Below, one piece after another: positions 49,622 through 59,707 of a stretch of 64,000 nucleotides of DNA (positions within the stretch are counted from its first letter, which is position 1; each line of letters starts with the position of its first letter). The stretch is from an uncultured Clostridia bacterium (GTDB lineage: Bacteria > Bacillota > Clostridia > Christensenellales > UBA1242). The stretch spans positions 1 to 64,000 of the forward strand of contig CANBBP010000005.1 of NCBI GenBank assembly GCA_947366895.1, given 5' to 3'. The translations under genes and the position numbers were made by a program. Under the pieces are notes generated by a model. The model had not been told where the DNA came from, ran no database searches, and saw nothing but the letters and a program-made list of their open reading frames with translations.

Positions 49622-50575
49622 ATGATGCAAATTGAAAAACCAAAAATTGTAGCAGAAGAAAAGGATAATGGTAGTTTTGCTAAATTTGTAGTAGAACCAC
49701 TTGAAAGAGGTTTTGGTATAACATTAGGTAATTGTCTTAGAAGAACTTTGTTAGGTTCAATGCCAGGGGCTGCTGCAGTTGCTATTAAAATTGATGGTAT
49801 TCAACATGAATTTTCTAGCATTCCTGGTATAACAGAAGATGTTACTGATATTATTTTAAATATTAAAAATCTTGCTGTTAAAACAAGTGTTTTAGATGAA
49901 GATTTTACAACAACTTTATACCTTAAGAAAAAAGGTTCAGGGGTTGTTTATGCTAGCGATATTGAAACTAATGACCAAGTAGAAATTTTAAATCCTGAAC
50001 TTAAAATTTGTACATTAGATGATGATGCAAATTTAAATATGGAAATTACTATCGGTCGTGGTAGAGGATATGTTCCAGCACAAAAAAATAAAAAAGAAGA
50101 TGACCCTATTGGTTGTATTGCTATAGATTCTATCTTTACACCTATTAAGGCTGTTAATTATAACGTTGAAAATACCCGTGTTGGTCAATCTATAGATTAT
50201 GATAAATTAACTCTTGAAGTTCAAACAAATGGTACAATGAGTGCTAAAGAAGTTATTAGTCTTGCAGCAAAAATTGTTCAAGACCATATTCAACTTTTTG
50301 TAAACCTTGTTGATTTTATGAGTGATGTTGATATTCTTGTTTCTACAGAAGTTGAAAAACCTGTAAAAGTAATGGAAATGTCTATTGAAGATATGGACCT
50401 TTCTGTTAGAAGTTACAACTGCTTAAAGAGAGCTAATATTAATACTATTGAAGATTTAACAAGAAAATCTAAGGATGATATGCTAAAAGTAAGAAACTTA
50501 GGTTTAAAATCTTTAGAAGAAGTTATTAATAAACTTGAAGCTATGGGTTTATCACTTAGAAACGATGAAGAATAA
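49622..50575 (+). CDS. rpoA: DNA-directed RNA polymerase subunit alpha
   Basis: 317 aa; N-terminal dimerisation region FVVEPLERGFGITLGNCLRR. Confidence 0.95.
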   Translation: MMQIEKPKIVAEEKDNGSFAKFVVEPLERGFGITLGNCLRRTLLGSMPGAAAVAIKIDGIQHEFSSIPGITEDVTDIILNIKNLAVKTSVLDEDFTTTLYLKKKGSGVVYASDIETNDQVEILNPELKICTLDDDANLNMEITIGRGRGYVPAQKNKKEDDPIGCIAIDSIFTPIKAVNYNVENTRVGQSIDYDKLTLEVQTNGTMSAKEVISLAAKIVQDHIQLFVNLVDFMSDVDILVSTEVEKPVKVMEMSIEDMDLSVRSYNCLKRANINTIEDLTRKSKDDMLKVRNLGLKSLEEVINKLEAMGLSLRNDEE

Positions 50576-50622
50576 TTTTAAACTAATAATTTAAGTTTTA
50601 CAAATTTTTAAAGGAGAAAATT

Positions 50623-51132
50623 ATGGCTATTGCTAAATTAAATAGACCTACAAAAGAAAGGGTAATTTTAATTCGTAATCAAGCAAGTTCGCTTTTATGG
50701 GACGGTAAAATTGAAACTACTTCTGCTAGAGCAAAAGCAGTTCAAAGATATGCTGAAAAGATTTTAACCATTGCTATTAATAATTATAAAGATACAGTTA
50801 AAGCTATTAAAAATGAAGTTGATAGTAAAGGCGTTAAAGTTAAAAGAGAAGTTATAAATGATGGTCCTAACAAACTTAATGCTAGAAGAAAAATTATGTC
50901 TAAACTTTTTGATAGGCAAGAAATAAGACAACCAAAAGAGTCTAAAGCAAGTTTTGATGAAAGAACAAAGGATATTAATCATCCACTTATTGAAAAAATC
51001 TTTAATGTTTATGCTCCTAAATATGCCGAAAGGAATAAACAAAATGGTCAAGGTGGCGGTTATACAAGAGTTCTTAAAACTGGTACAAGACGCGGTGATA
51101 ATGCTCAAATGTGTATTGTTGAATTAATATAA
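50623..51132 (+). CDS. rplQ: 50S ribosomal protein L17 with a ~50-aa internal/C-proximal insertion (169 aa)
   Basis: L17 core at the N-terminus (RPTKERVILIRNQASSLL) and the C-terminus. Confidence 0.88.
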   Translation: MAIAKLNRPTKERVILIRNQASSLLWDGKIETTSARAKAVQRYAEKILTIAINNYKDTVKAIKNEVDSKGVKVKREVINDGPNKLNARRKIMSKLFDRQEIRQPKESKASFDERTKDINHPLIEKIFNVYAPKYAERNKQNGQGGGYTRVLKTGTRRGDNAQMCIVELI

Positions 51133-51210
51133 TAATTTGATGTTACATTTTTGAATTATTAAGGTTATTCTTTTATAATTTTATATAATAAACTAAAATT
51201 TGTTTTATAT

Positions 51211-51243
51211 AAAGAACACTAAAAAATAGTGTTCTTTTTTTAT
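51211..51243 (+). terminator. Rho-independent terminator at the end of the alpha operon
   Basis: Stem agaacact / agtgttct followed by 8 T. Confidence 0.75.
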
Positions 51244-51489
51244 TTCTATTAAGACAATGATTAGTTTTATTTTAAAAATAATTTTTGATATTTTTATATT
51301 TTGTTTTTTTATTTTTGTTTTATACTTTTTACCTGTTATGAAGATATAACAAGTATTAAAATCGTTTGACTTTTTAAAGCCCTCACAGGTATAATTAAAA
51401 TTGTAGTAAAGTTGGGAATTTATAATAATTTTGTTTAATTTTGATTTAGTTTTTTTATTACTTACGCACATACTAAATTAGGAGAATTT

Positions 51490-54400
51490 ATGAAGAAGGT
51501 TTTTTTAATTATCTTAATATCCCTCCTTTGTGTTTTGGGAGCACTAGGTATTGCAATAGGTGGAATGTATCTTTTTGGCGGTTTTAATGAAAAATTAGTA
51601 TATGCTGAAGAGTTTCATTTTAACAAAACTGAAGTTGTATCTGCTGAAAATATGTATTTGAAAATTGATACTACGACTGAAGGTGTTAATAAAAAGAAAT
51701 TAAAGCTTATTGTTTCAATGGGTGGAGAAAGAATAATAAATTTTCCGCAAACAGTTTACATAGGTGAACCTTTTACAATTGTTCCTAAACAAGAAAAAGG
51801 TGTTAATATTGGAGGCAATGTTACTTTAACCGCTATATATGATGAACCTAATGCTAATGTAAATGTCCAAGCAAAATGTAATATTTTAGTTGATGTTCCT
51901 GTAAAATCGGTATCTATCAATTTGAGTTCTAATAAACTTACTCCTGACCAACAAATTTTTATTTGTAAAAAAGGATTTCCTGTAACTGATACTTTTAAAG
52001 TTGACCCTGTTAATTCACTTACTCCTTATGATAAGTCATGGCCTATTAGTGATGCAATAAAAGAAAATCTTATTGATAAAACTATGTATTTAGAACTTGC
52101 ACCTAATGGAAATGTACCTATAGATGATGTCGCTTTTTTTGTTGATGAAACAGGTAAAAAATATCCTGATAAAATTATACAAGTTAAATATAGTTATGAT
52201 GGCAATAATTTTGTTTTTGATGAAACAATTTGTTTAAAAGCTGGAAATATTTCTAGTGATGCAAAGTTAAATTTATATGTTTATCCTACTTATAAGGCTC
52301 AAAATAATAATATTTTGGGAAGTGATATTGAACTTAACAAAAAAGAAGCATTAAATAATATCACAGATTTTGTTGTGGGCAGTTATATTATTGATAATAT
52401 GACTATATTTGATAAAGATGATAATTATACCGTAAATAAAGATGTTTTATTAGACAAACAAATTAAAATATATATTAATAATCCAGATGCGAAAGGTGAT
52501 GATATTAATTTAAATTTAAATCTTGAAGCTACTAATTCACCTAGTTCTTTAATAGGTAAGTTAGAATATAAAGATAATGTTTATCTAAAAATATCATATC
52601 CTGAATTTATTACATTAACTAAAATGGATGGATCTTCTGATACCGAACAAATTGTTGGTGAAGATAGAGGTTTAAATATTAATTGCGAAAATCTTGGCGA
52701 CCAAGTTTCTACATGGTATTGGTTATTAAAAATAAATGATTTTCATGCGTATTATAATTATTTAAAAAATAATATTCCTTTAACTGCAACTTTAGGGTAC
52801 TATGGTGAAGGTACATCGGTCGCAAATAAAACATTTAATATTGTTCCAAAAATTAATGAAGTTGGTTCCTTAACACCTAAATATGAAGAAGGTAATTCAT
52901 TTAGAGTTAAAAGTGGAGAAACTTTTAATATAGGTCCAAATAATATAGTAATAAATCCTGCCACTGCTTTTGCTCCTACCTATACCGATTTAGCATTTTA
53001 TTTAGATTTTGCAGAAAATTCTATTAATAGTAAAACAACTATTTCAACTATTCCTACTCAGGCAGGAGATTATAAAGCAACCTTTAATTTTAAACTTAAA
53101 CAAAAATTGGAACCAAGCAAATTAAATAATTTAGCAATTTCATGTTTACCTTCATGGGCAACAATTAATCAGGAAAAGAATGTTTTTAGTTATCTTACTC
53201 AGATAGGTCAAGACTATTTATATTCTGGAGAAATATATCTTACTATTCATTCAACAATAAATGATGATACTTTGTTTAGTATTGATGAATTTAGTGTATC
53301 AATTTCTTCATTTATGGTAAAGTTCTATGAACAAATGGAAAACTCAACTAATTTTGAAGTTATTCCTTATCTTACTATAAATGGTATAAGATATTATACT
53401 GATTTTGATTTCTATCAAGATATTGAAAACACAACATCTAATAATAAGTATTTAAAAATAAATAATGAATATGATTTTGGCAATGCGTTTACCGTTTCGG
53501 GTATAGGAACATTTATTATTACTGCTCAACTTGTTTATATAGAAAATAAAGGAATTGAAGGGGAAGAAGTTATTTACTGGTTGGGTAAAAAAACCAATGT
53601 AAATATTGATGTTTATGAACAATTATCTTCACTTTATGTTTCTAGTTATTTAAGTGATGATGAATACAATATAGAGTTTGATAACACTACTTATGATGAA
53701 GATGATAGAAAAACTTACTATATATTTATTACAAGTAATGAAATGGAAGCTCTTAAAAATTATGTTGCTTATAATCAGGTTAATATTTCTTACAAACAAT
53801 ACTTTGCTGGAATTGATACAAGTAGATATATTGGAATAGATGAAATAAATATGGACGCAATTACATTTAGTAAAAACTTTATTGAAGTAAAGAAAAACAA
53901 TGTTGTTGTGGGATATAAACTTTCTTACACTATTAATCCTGTTAATACAATAGAAATTGATGGCAGATATTTAGATAATATTTTCCGTGTTGAAATGTGT
54001 ATAGAAGTTAATGGTGAAAAAGTTTATGCTGAATTTAAAATGAAAAATTCTAATGCAAATTATCTAGATATTAAAATTAATGATAAGATAATTAAAGAAG
54101 CTGTTTTAAATTACAATTCTTCAGGCAATAATGGGGTTTCACCTGAAAAAGCTATAGAACTTAGAGCAAACTATGTTAATGGGACATTTACTTATGGTGA
54201 TGGAATTGAAAATTATCTTAGATATTATTTCAAATATAATGCTGAGGATAGTTCAGGAATTACCGAGTCTCTTTCATATGGACTTAGAGTAGTTGATGAA
54301 TCTTTAGGCATCAGTCTTGCAAATCTTTATAGTTTTGAAAACAAATTTGATAAAGAAATTTCAATGGGAAAAGGTGGGCTAGTATTTAAAAACTTCCCAG

Positions 54401-55947
54401 TTGTTCTTGATGAAGATGGAAATAGTAAAGGGGTTTTGGTAGAATTTACGATTTTCTCTAACGATGCTGATTATGATTTTAATACTCACTATGAATATGT
54501 TAACAATATGTTTATTCAAACTCTTAATCATAACTTATCTGCAAGTATTTACTTTAAAATATTTGGTGCCGAAATAACCATTGAAGCAAAAAATGACATC
54601 GATTTTGTAGGTTATGAAGGAAATAAAGTTGATGTATTTGGAGATAGTTCTAATACGGGTTCTATATTTAATATTAATGTTAAATCTGGTTTAGGGGTTG
54701 ATATGACTGTAAATGATTATTCTCAATTATTTACTGCTATAGCAGCAAGTTCATATGCTTCATTTGAAGATGTTGATGGAAAAGAAAATTACTCTAAACT
54801 AGTTATGAATAAAGATTGTTTAAATAACAATATTGTTTCATTCTCTTTCTATATTGGTTCTCCTGCAGATGCAAATAAAATTAAAATTAAGGTCGGAGAA
54901 GATACAACATATAACTTTAGTCAAAACATTTCTTCTGCTTATATGATAGAATTTATAAATGAGTTTTCTTCACCTAGTGTTGATAATAAAGTAGTTGAAG
55001 TCACTTATAGAAAACCTGGAGGAAATAAAGATTTAAATGAATTTATTACCTTACCAGAATCTTTACCAACTTTTGATGGAATTACAAAACCTATAATAAC
55101 AAAATCGGAATCTGGAAACTTATTATCATTTGTTACTGTTCCTTCCGATTATTCAGTAACTTTAAAATTAGCTTTAACAAAGGTTTATACCGATGGAAGT
55201 TCTAGCAACTATGAAGAAAGTTTTGTTATAAATGTTACACCTAGATTTAAAGAGAATGACTTAACTTTAGGGGTAATAGAAGAAGGAAGTGAAGTAGGCT
55301 CTATTACTGCTGGAAGTATAGATAGTTATGCACAATTTAGTGGAGAACTTGAAAAAGTAAAAAATAATATAGTTTCAGTTTCGTTCATATTTAGTGATGT
55401 AGATAATGATACTTTTATTAAAGCTGAAAAACACATGTCAGGCAGTTTTACTAATGGTGAGTTAAAGATTTCTTCTACAAGTTTAAATTATGATAAACTA
55501 GTTAATGTAAAACTTTTATTAGGTTTTATAGATGGTGGAAATTATATTTATCAAAAAACAATAAAAGTACTTGGCAATATGACTTTAGAGTTTGCTGATG
55601 ATTATAAAGTTATAAATGTAAATGAGGGTAGTGGATATATTAATCTTATTGATGAATCAAAATACAAATTTACTGAAAATGGTGTAGAGAACCCTAATCA
55701 TAATGGATTTAGTGAAGCTCTTGCAGGTTTTGTATATAATAGTTCTACTGGGTATAATAAAAACAGTTTTGAATTTGATAGTAATGTTTTTGAAGATGTT
55801 ACAATAGATTATAATCTTTACCATTTGCGTATAAAGTATGCTGATTTTGAAAAGGGTAGCACATTTAATACAGTTATAAAATTTAAATATGATGTTGGAA
55901 ATTATATTCTAGTATTTGACCTTGTGTTAACCATAAATATAATTTAA
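51490..55947 (+). CDS. Giant (1485-aa) N-terminally membrane-anchored, probably surface-exposed protein of unknown function
   Basis: N-terminal hydrophobic segment VFLIILISLLCVLGALGIAIGGMYLF. The remainder is N/Y/D/T-rich and beta-rich, with no enzymatic motif recognised. Confidence 0.6.
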   Translation: MKKVFLIILISLLCVLGALGIAIGGMYLFGGFNEKLVYAEEFHFNKTEVVSAENMYLKIDTTTEGVNKKKLKLIVSMGGERIINFPQTVYIGEPFTIVPKQEKGVNIGGNVTLTAIYDEPNANVNVQAKCNILVDVPVKSVSINLSSNKLTPDQQIFICKKGFPVTDTFKVDPVNSLTPYDKSWPISDAIKENLIDKTMYLELAPNGNVPIDDVAFFVDETGKKYPDKIIQVKYSYDGNNFVFDETICLKAGNISSDAKLNLYVYPTYKAQNNNILGSDIELNKKEALNNITDFVVGSYIIDNMTIFDKDDNYTVNKDVLLDKQIKIYINNPDAKGDDINLNLNLEATNSPSSLIGKLEYKDNVYLKISYPEFITLTKMDGSSDTEQIVGEDRGLNINCENLGDQVSTWYWLLKINDFHAYYNYLKNNIPLTATLGYYGEGTSVANKTFNIVPKINEVGSLTPKYEEGNSFRVKSGETFNIGPNNIVINPATAFAPTYTDLAFYLDFAENSINSKTTISTIPTQAGDYKATFNFKLKQKLEPSKLNNLAISCLPSWATINQEKNVFSYLTQIGQDYLYSGEIYLTIHSTINDDTLFSIDEFSVSISSFMVKFYEQMENSTNFEVIPYLTINGIRYYTDFDFYQDIENTTSNNKYLKINNEYDFGNAFTVSGIGTFIITAQLVYIENKGIEGEEVIYWLGKKTNVNIDVYEQLSSLYVSSYLSDDEYNIEFDNTTYDEDDRKTYYIFITSNEMEALKNYVAYNQVNISYKQYFAGIDTSRYIGIDEINMDAITFSKNFIEVKKNNVVVGYKLSYTINPVNTIEIDGRYLDNIFRVEMCIEVNGEKVYAEFKMKNSNANYLDIKINDKIIKEAVLNYNSSGNNGVSPEKAIELRANYVNGTFTYGDGIENYLRYYFKYNAEDSSGITESLSYGLRVVDESLGISLANLYSFENKFDKEISMGKGGLVFKNFPVVLDEDGNSKGVLVEFTIFSNDADYDFNTHYEYVNNMFIQTLNHNLSASIYFKIFGAEITIEAKNDIDFVGYEGNKVDVFGDSSNTGSIFNINVKSGLGVDMTVNDYSQLFTAIAASSYASFEDVDGKENYSKLVMNKDCLNNNIVSFSFYIGSPADANKIKIKVGEDTTYNFSQNISSAYMIEFINEFSSPSVDNKVVEVTYRKPGGNKDLNEFITLPESLPTFDGITKPIITKSESGNLLSFVTVPSDYSVTLKLALTKVYTDGSSSNYEESFVINVTPRFKENDLTLGVIEEGSEVGSITAGSIDSYAQFSGELEKVKNNIVSVSFIFSDVDNDTFIKAEKHMSGSFTNGELKISSTSLNYDKLVNVKLLLGFIDGGNYIYQKTIKVLGNMTLEFADDYKVINVNEGSGYINLIDESKYKFTENGVENPNHNGFSEALAGFVYNSSTGYNKNSFEFDSNVFEDVTIDYNLYHLRIKYADFEKGSTFNTVIKFKYDVGNYILVFDLVLTINII

Positions 55948-56059
55948 TAATTAAATTGAATTTTTAATTAATATAGTGGTAAAATATCAAGTATTTTTAC
56001 TGCTATATTAATTTAAATTCTTTAAATATAATTATTAAATATTTTATAAAGGGGAAAAA

Positions 56060-56791
56060 ATGAATTTATTTGAAAATCCAAAATATTACAATAGGGAAGA
56101 TTTTGATAAATTAAGTTACGATGACCAAAAAGAATTGTTTTTGAGAATTAGGTCATGGGTGGCAACCGTTGATATGCAAACAAGATATATTAAAGATAAA
56201 TATAAAAATACTATTATTAAGCGAATAGAGCAAATTTGTGCTTATGCATGTTCGGGTCATGTTCCTTCACAGGATTATATGGGTTATATATATAAACGAG
56301 GATTTAGTGATTTTTTCCCTATAAATTATAAAAGGTCGGTTGAATGGAATATTATTGCTGCTTCTAGTGGCAGTAAGCTTGCTCCTCAAAAGATGAAAAC
56401 CTTTATGAATCCAGCTGTTGATATGATATTATTAAGTCCAAAGTGGGGACAAATAATTAAATATAATGATCTTAATCTTGCTAATTACTTTTGGTTTTTA
56501 AGCCAATATATTTGTGAAATATTATATAAAGAATTAAATCTTAATCCTGTTGAAATGTCAAAAAAAGAATTGATTGAAGAAGATATTAATGAAAATCGTA
56601 CAAGGGTTTTCCTTGATAGATTTAGAAATAAGAGTGTTGAACAGGCTTTAGAAATTCTTGTTCAACAATTGCCAGAAGATATGCCAGAAATTAAAAATAA
56701 TGGTGTGGGTGAGTCAATGCTTAAAGAAGAAGAAAATGCAAAATCAAATAATGATTTTGATGATATTAATATTGATATTGAGGATATATAA
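56060..56791 (+). CDS. Hypothetical acidic protein, 243 aa
   Basis: ORF with RBS aaagggg; acidic C-terminus. Confidence 0.5.
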   Translation: MNLFENPKYYNREDFDKLSYDDQKELFLRIRSWVATVDMQTRYIKDKYKNTIIKRIEQICAYACSGHVPSQDYMGYIYKRGFSDFFPINYKRSVEWNIIAASSGSKLAPQKMKTFMNPAVDMILLSPKWGQIIKYNDLNLANYFWFLSQYICEILYKELNLNPVEMSKKELIEEDINENRTRVFLDRFRNKSVEQALEILVQQLPEDMPEIKNNGVGESMLKEEENAKSNNDFDDINIDIEDI

Positions 56792-56846
56792 ACTAAAATT
56801 ATTTTTTTAAAAATTATTTGATAAACTCTATTTTAAATATTAGACA

Positions 56847-56875
56847 TTGACAAGACTTATAAAATATTATATCAT
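56847..56875 (+). promoter_or_regulatory. Consensus-like promoter (TTGACA, 17-bp spacer, TATCAT) driving the metK leader
   Basis: -35 at 56847-56852 and -10 at 56870-56875. Confidence 0.55.
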
Positions 56876-57018
56876 AAATTATACCTATAAAGAGTGTGTT
56901 AGGGACAAGCCCGATTGTAGCACACAGCAACCTGTTTATATTAACAAGGTGCTAATACTTGATTGATGGGATATTAATTTAATTATGAGAAAAATCCTAT
57001 CTATAAATCTAGATAGGG
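56876..57018 (+). ncRNA. SAM-I (S-box) riboswitch with intrinsic terminator upstream of metK
   Basis: Conserved S-box blocks tta.agggac.agcccgat..gcaacc and aaggtgctaa, followed by terminator cctatcta/tagatagg plus a T-run. Confidence 0.7.
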
Positions 57019-57088
57019 TTTTTTAGTTATAATACTTAAAATTAAACATCAATATGAAGAAAATTTTTACTAAAAAGAGGAAAAAATC

Positions 57089-58186
57089 ATGAAAAAAATA
57101 ATTACAAGTGAAAGTGTAAATTGTGGTCATCCTGATAAAACTTGCGATATTATTGCAGATAGTTTTTTAGATGAAGCATTAAGGCAAGATAAAAATAGTC
57201 AAATGGCTGTTGAATGTGCCATAAAAGATGATAGGTTAATGATTTACGGAGAAACTACAACAACTGCAAAAATTAATTATGAGGAAATTGCAAGAAAAGT
57301 TTTAAAAGATATAGGTTATACTAACGAATTTGATATAACAAAAATTTTATCGCAACAATCTCCAAATATTGCTAATGCTGTAAAAAAACAGGAACTTTGT
57401 GCAAACGACCAAGGAATTATGTTTGGATATGCAACTGATGAAAATAAATATTTTATGCCTTATCCTATTATTATTGCTCATAAGCTAGTTAAAGCTTATG
57501 ATGATTTTAGAAGAAAAAATTCTCAAAAATATTTTGCTGATGCAAAAAGTCAAGTATCAATTTGTTATGAAGATGGAGTTCCTGTTTCTATTGATACTAT
57601 CCTTATGTCGGTTTCTCATGTTAAAGGATTGGAGCATGAAACAATTATTAATGATATTAAGTTAGAGGTTATTAATCCTGTTTTAAAAGAATTTAGTCAA
57701 TTAAATACTGACAATATTAAATATATAATTAATCCTAGTGGAGAGTTTTACATTTGGGGAAGTTTTTCTGACAGTGGTTGTGTAGGAAGAAAAATTATTG
57801 TTGATACTTATGGCGGTGTAGCAAAAGTTGGAGGAGGCTGTTTTAGTTCAAAAAATGCTACTAAAGTTGATAGAAGTGGAGCTTATTATGCAAGATATGT
57901 AGCTAAAAGTATTGTTGCGAATGCTCTTGCAAAAAAGTGCGAAGTAGAACTTAGTTATGCTATAGGGTTAGCAAATCCTATAAGTGTAGAAGTTAATACT
58001 TTTGGTTCTGGCAAATTTAGTGATGATAAAATAAAAGAAATTGTTTTAAAAAATTTTGATTTTAGTGTAAGTAATATGATAAAAGAACTAGACCTATTAA
58101 ATCCTATTTATTCTAAAACCGCTTGTTATGGACATTTTGGTAGAGATGAGTTTAGTTGGGAAAAACCAAAAAAGATAAGTCTTTAA
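57089..58186 (+). CDS. metK: S-adenosylmethionine synthetase
   Basis: ITSESVNCGHPDK near the N-terminus (the MetK GHPDK motif); 365 aa. Confidence 0.9.
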   Translation: MKKIITSESVNCGHPDKTCDIIADSFLDEALRQDKNSQMAVECAIKDDRLMIYGETTTTAKINYEEIARKVLKDIGYTNEFDITKILSQQSPNIANAVKKQELCANDQGIMFGYATDENKYFMPYPIIIAHKLVKAYDDFRRKNSQKYFADAKSQVSICYEDGVPVSIDTILMSVSHVKGLEHETIINDIKLEVINPVLKEFSQLNTDNIKYIINPSGEFYIWGSFSDSGCVGRKIIVDTYGGVAKVGGGCFSSKNATKVDRSGAYYARYVAKSIVANALAKKCEVELSYAIGLANPISVEVNTFGSGKFSDDKIKEIVLKNFDFSVSNMIKELDLLNPIYSKTACYGHFGRDEFSWEKPKKISL

Positions 58187-58363
58187 ATATTTTTATATTA
58201 ATTAAAAAATAATTTTTGTTATTTTTTAAAAATAATTATTTAAAATATAAACGTTAAAAAATTTAATTATAAAAAAGTACTTCTTAAAAAATTTGCAAAA
58301 ATATGTAAATATTTGTATATATTTTTAAATGCTTGCAAACAATATTTTTAGGAGTATTTTTTT

Positions 58364-58882
58364 ATGGGTTGTGGAATGGTAAGAAAGGTAGATGAATTAG
58401 GTAGGGTAGTAATTCCAAAGGAAATGCGTAGAATTTTAAATATAAAATCGGGCAGTTCAATTGAGATGTCTATTAATGATAAAAATCAAGTGGTATTAGA
58501 AAAATTTTTTGAATTATCTAATGTGTTTAATTCTGCTGAAAATTTAGCGAATATAATTTTTGATGAACTTAATTTGCCATGTATTATTTGTGATGATGAA
58601 AAAGTTATTATTAGTAAGGGTGTTAATAAAAAAGAATATTTGAACAAAAAAATACTTTCAAATATTAAAATAAAAGATAATAAATGTGAAATGATTAAAG
58701 ATATGCCTTTTTTAGAAGAACAGTCTAATATCTCAAATTTTACATATATTTTTACTATTACAAGCGAGGGCTTTGAAAATGGTTTTTTGATTATCCTAAA
58801 AGATGAATCTGAACTTGATGATAATACAAAAAATAATATAATCTTATTAACTAAATTTTTATCAACATTATTAACCTTTTAA
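58364..58882 (+). CDS. spoVT: Stage V sporulation protein T-like regulator (AbrB N-terminal domain + GAF-like C-terminal domain)
   Basis: MVRKVDELGRVVIPKEMRRILNIKSGSSIEMSI is an AbrB/SpoVT swapped-hairpin domain. The 172-aa length matches SpoVT architecture. Confidence 0.7.
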   Translation: MGCGMVRKVDELGRVVIPKEMRRILNIKSGSSIEMSINDKNQVVLEKFFELSNVFNSAENLANIIFDELNLPCIICDDEKVIISKGVNKKEYLNKKILSNIKIKDNKCEMIKDMPFLEEQSNISNFTYIFTITSEGFENGFLIILKDESELDDNTKNNIILLTKFLSTLLTF

Positions 58883-58985
58883 TTTTATATTTTATATACA
58901 AAAGACTTCCTTTAAATAAAGCGCACTTCCCATAGGGAATTAAAAAACTAAATGATTAAGAGTTATACTTTCAAGCAAGGACAAA

Positions 58986-59017
58986 AGCTCTCGAACGATA
59001 TGTTCGAGAGCTTTTTA
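58986..59017. terminator. Bidirectional rho-independent terminator
   Basis: 11-bp stem agctctcgaac / gttcgagagct, loop gatat, with an A-run and a T-run. Confidence 0.7.
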
Positions 59018-59061
59018 CTACAAACCTTTTAGAAAGATAAATTGAAATTTATCGTTATATT

Positions 59062-59400
59062 TCACCAAATAATTTCACCATTATAGTAAATTGAGTTAAG
59101 ATCGGAAAAATAGGATTTTATTCCATAATATGGCGTAATCAACAAACCGATAAAACAACCCGTGCCGATATAAAACCCTAATTTTACGCTATATTCCAAA
59201 TCGGAATTTTTCATTTTATATGCGAAATATAAACCGGTAGGCGGCAAAAAGAATATCCAAATACCGCATACAACACAGGAAAGTATTTTTTCAAAACCCC
59301 ATTCTAATGATATATCTAAAAAGAACAATAGTATGAGAACGGCGACTAAAATAAAAGATATAACAAATGTAATGATTTTATATTTAATTTGATGTTTCAT
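59062..59400 (-). CDS. Small integral membrane protein, 112 aa, 3-4 transmembrane segments
   Basis: Hydrophobic segments IITFVISFILVAVLILLFFL, VVCGIWIFFL and GFYIGTGCFIGLLI. Confidence 0.5.
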   Translation of the reverse strand: MKHQIKYKIITFVISFILVAVLILLFFLDISLEWGFEKILSCVVCGIWIFFLPPTGLYFAYKMKNSDLEYSVKLGFYIGTGCFIGLLITPYYGIKSYFSDLNSIYYNGEIIW

Positions 59401-59707
59401 AACAACCCCTCATTAAATTACTGTTTATCTTACTGTCATTATATCACGAAAAATGAAAGAACGCAACCGATTGAATTTTGCGGGAAATATAAAACATATC
59501 TATATCTCACTAGGCTACGAGTAGCCTAGTTCGTCCACGAAAAAAAGTATAGAAAAGGCACAGCTTAACGCTATGCCTAAACCTTTTTATTTGCGTTTTA
59601 TTATATTCCCTATGGGAATTACGGTAATGGGGGAGTTTTTTTATTTAGTTTTAAATAAACAATAAAAAATTTTTAGTATAAGCAAATAAATTTTTATAAA
59701 AAAACAA

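Noticed and set aside
51205-51471. 88-aa minus-strand ORF between rplQ and the giant gene
   Set aside because: It is in an AT-rich intergenic region overlapping the alpha-operon terminator. The translation is K/I-rich and low-complexity, and there is no RBS.
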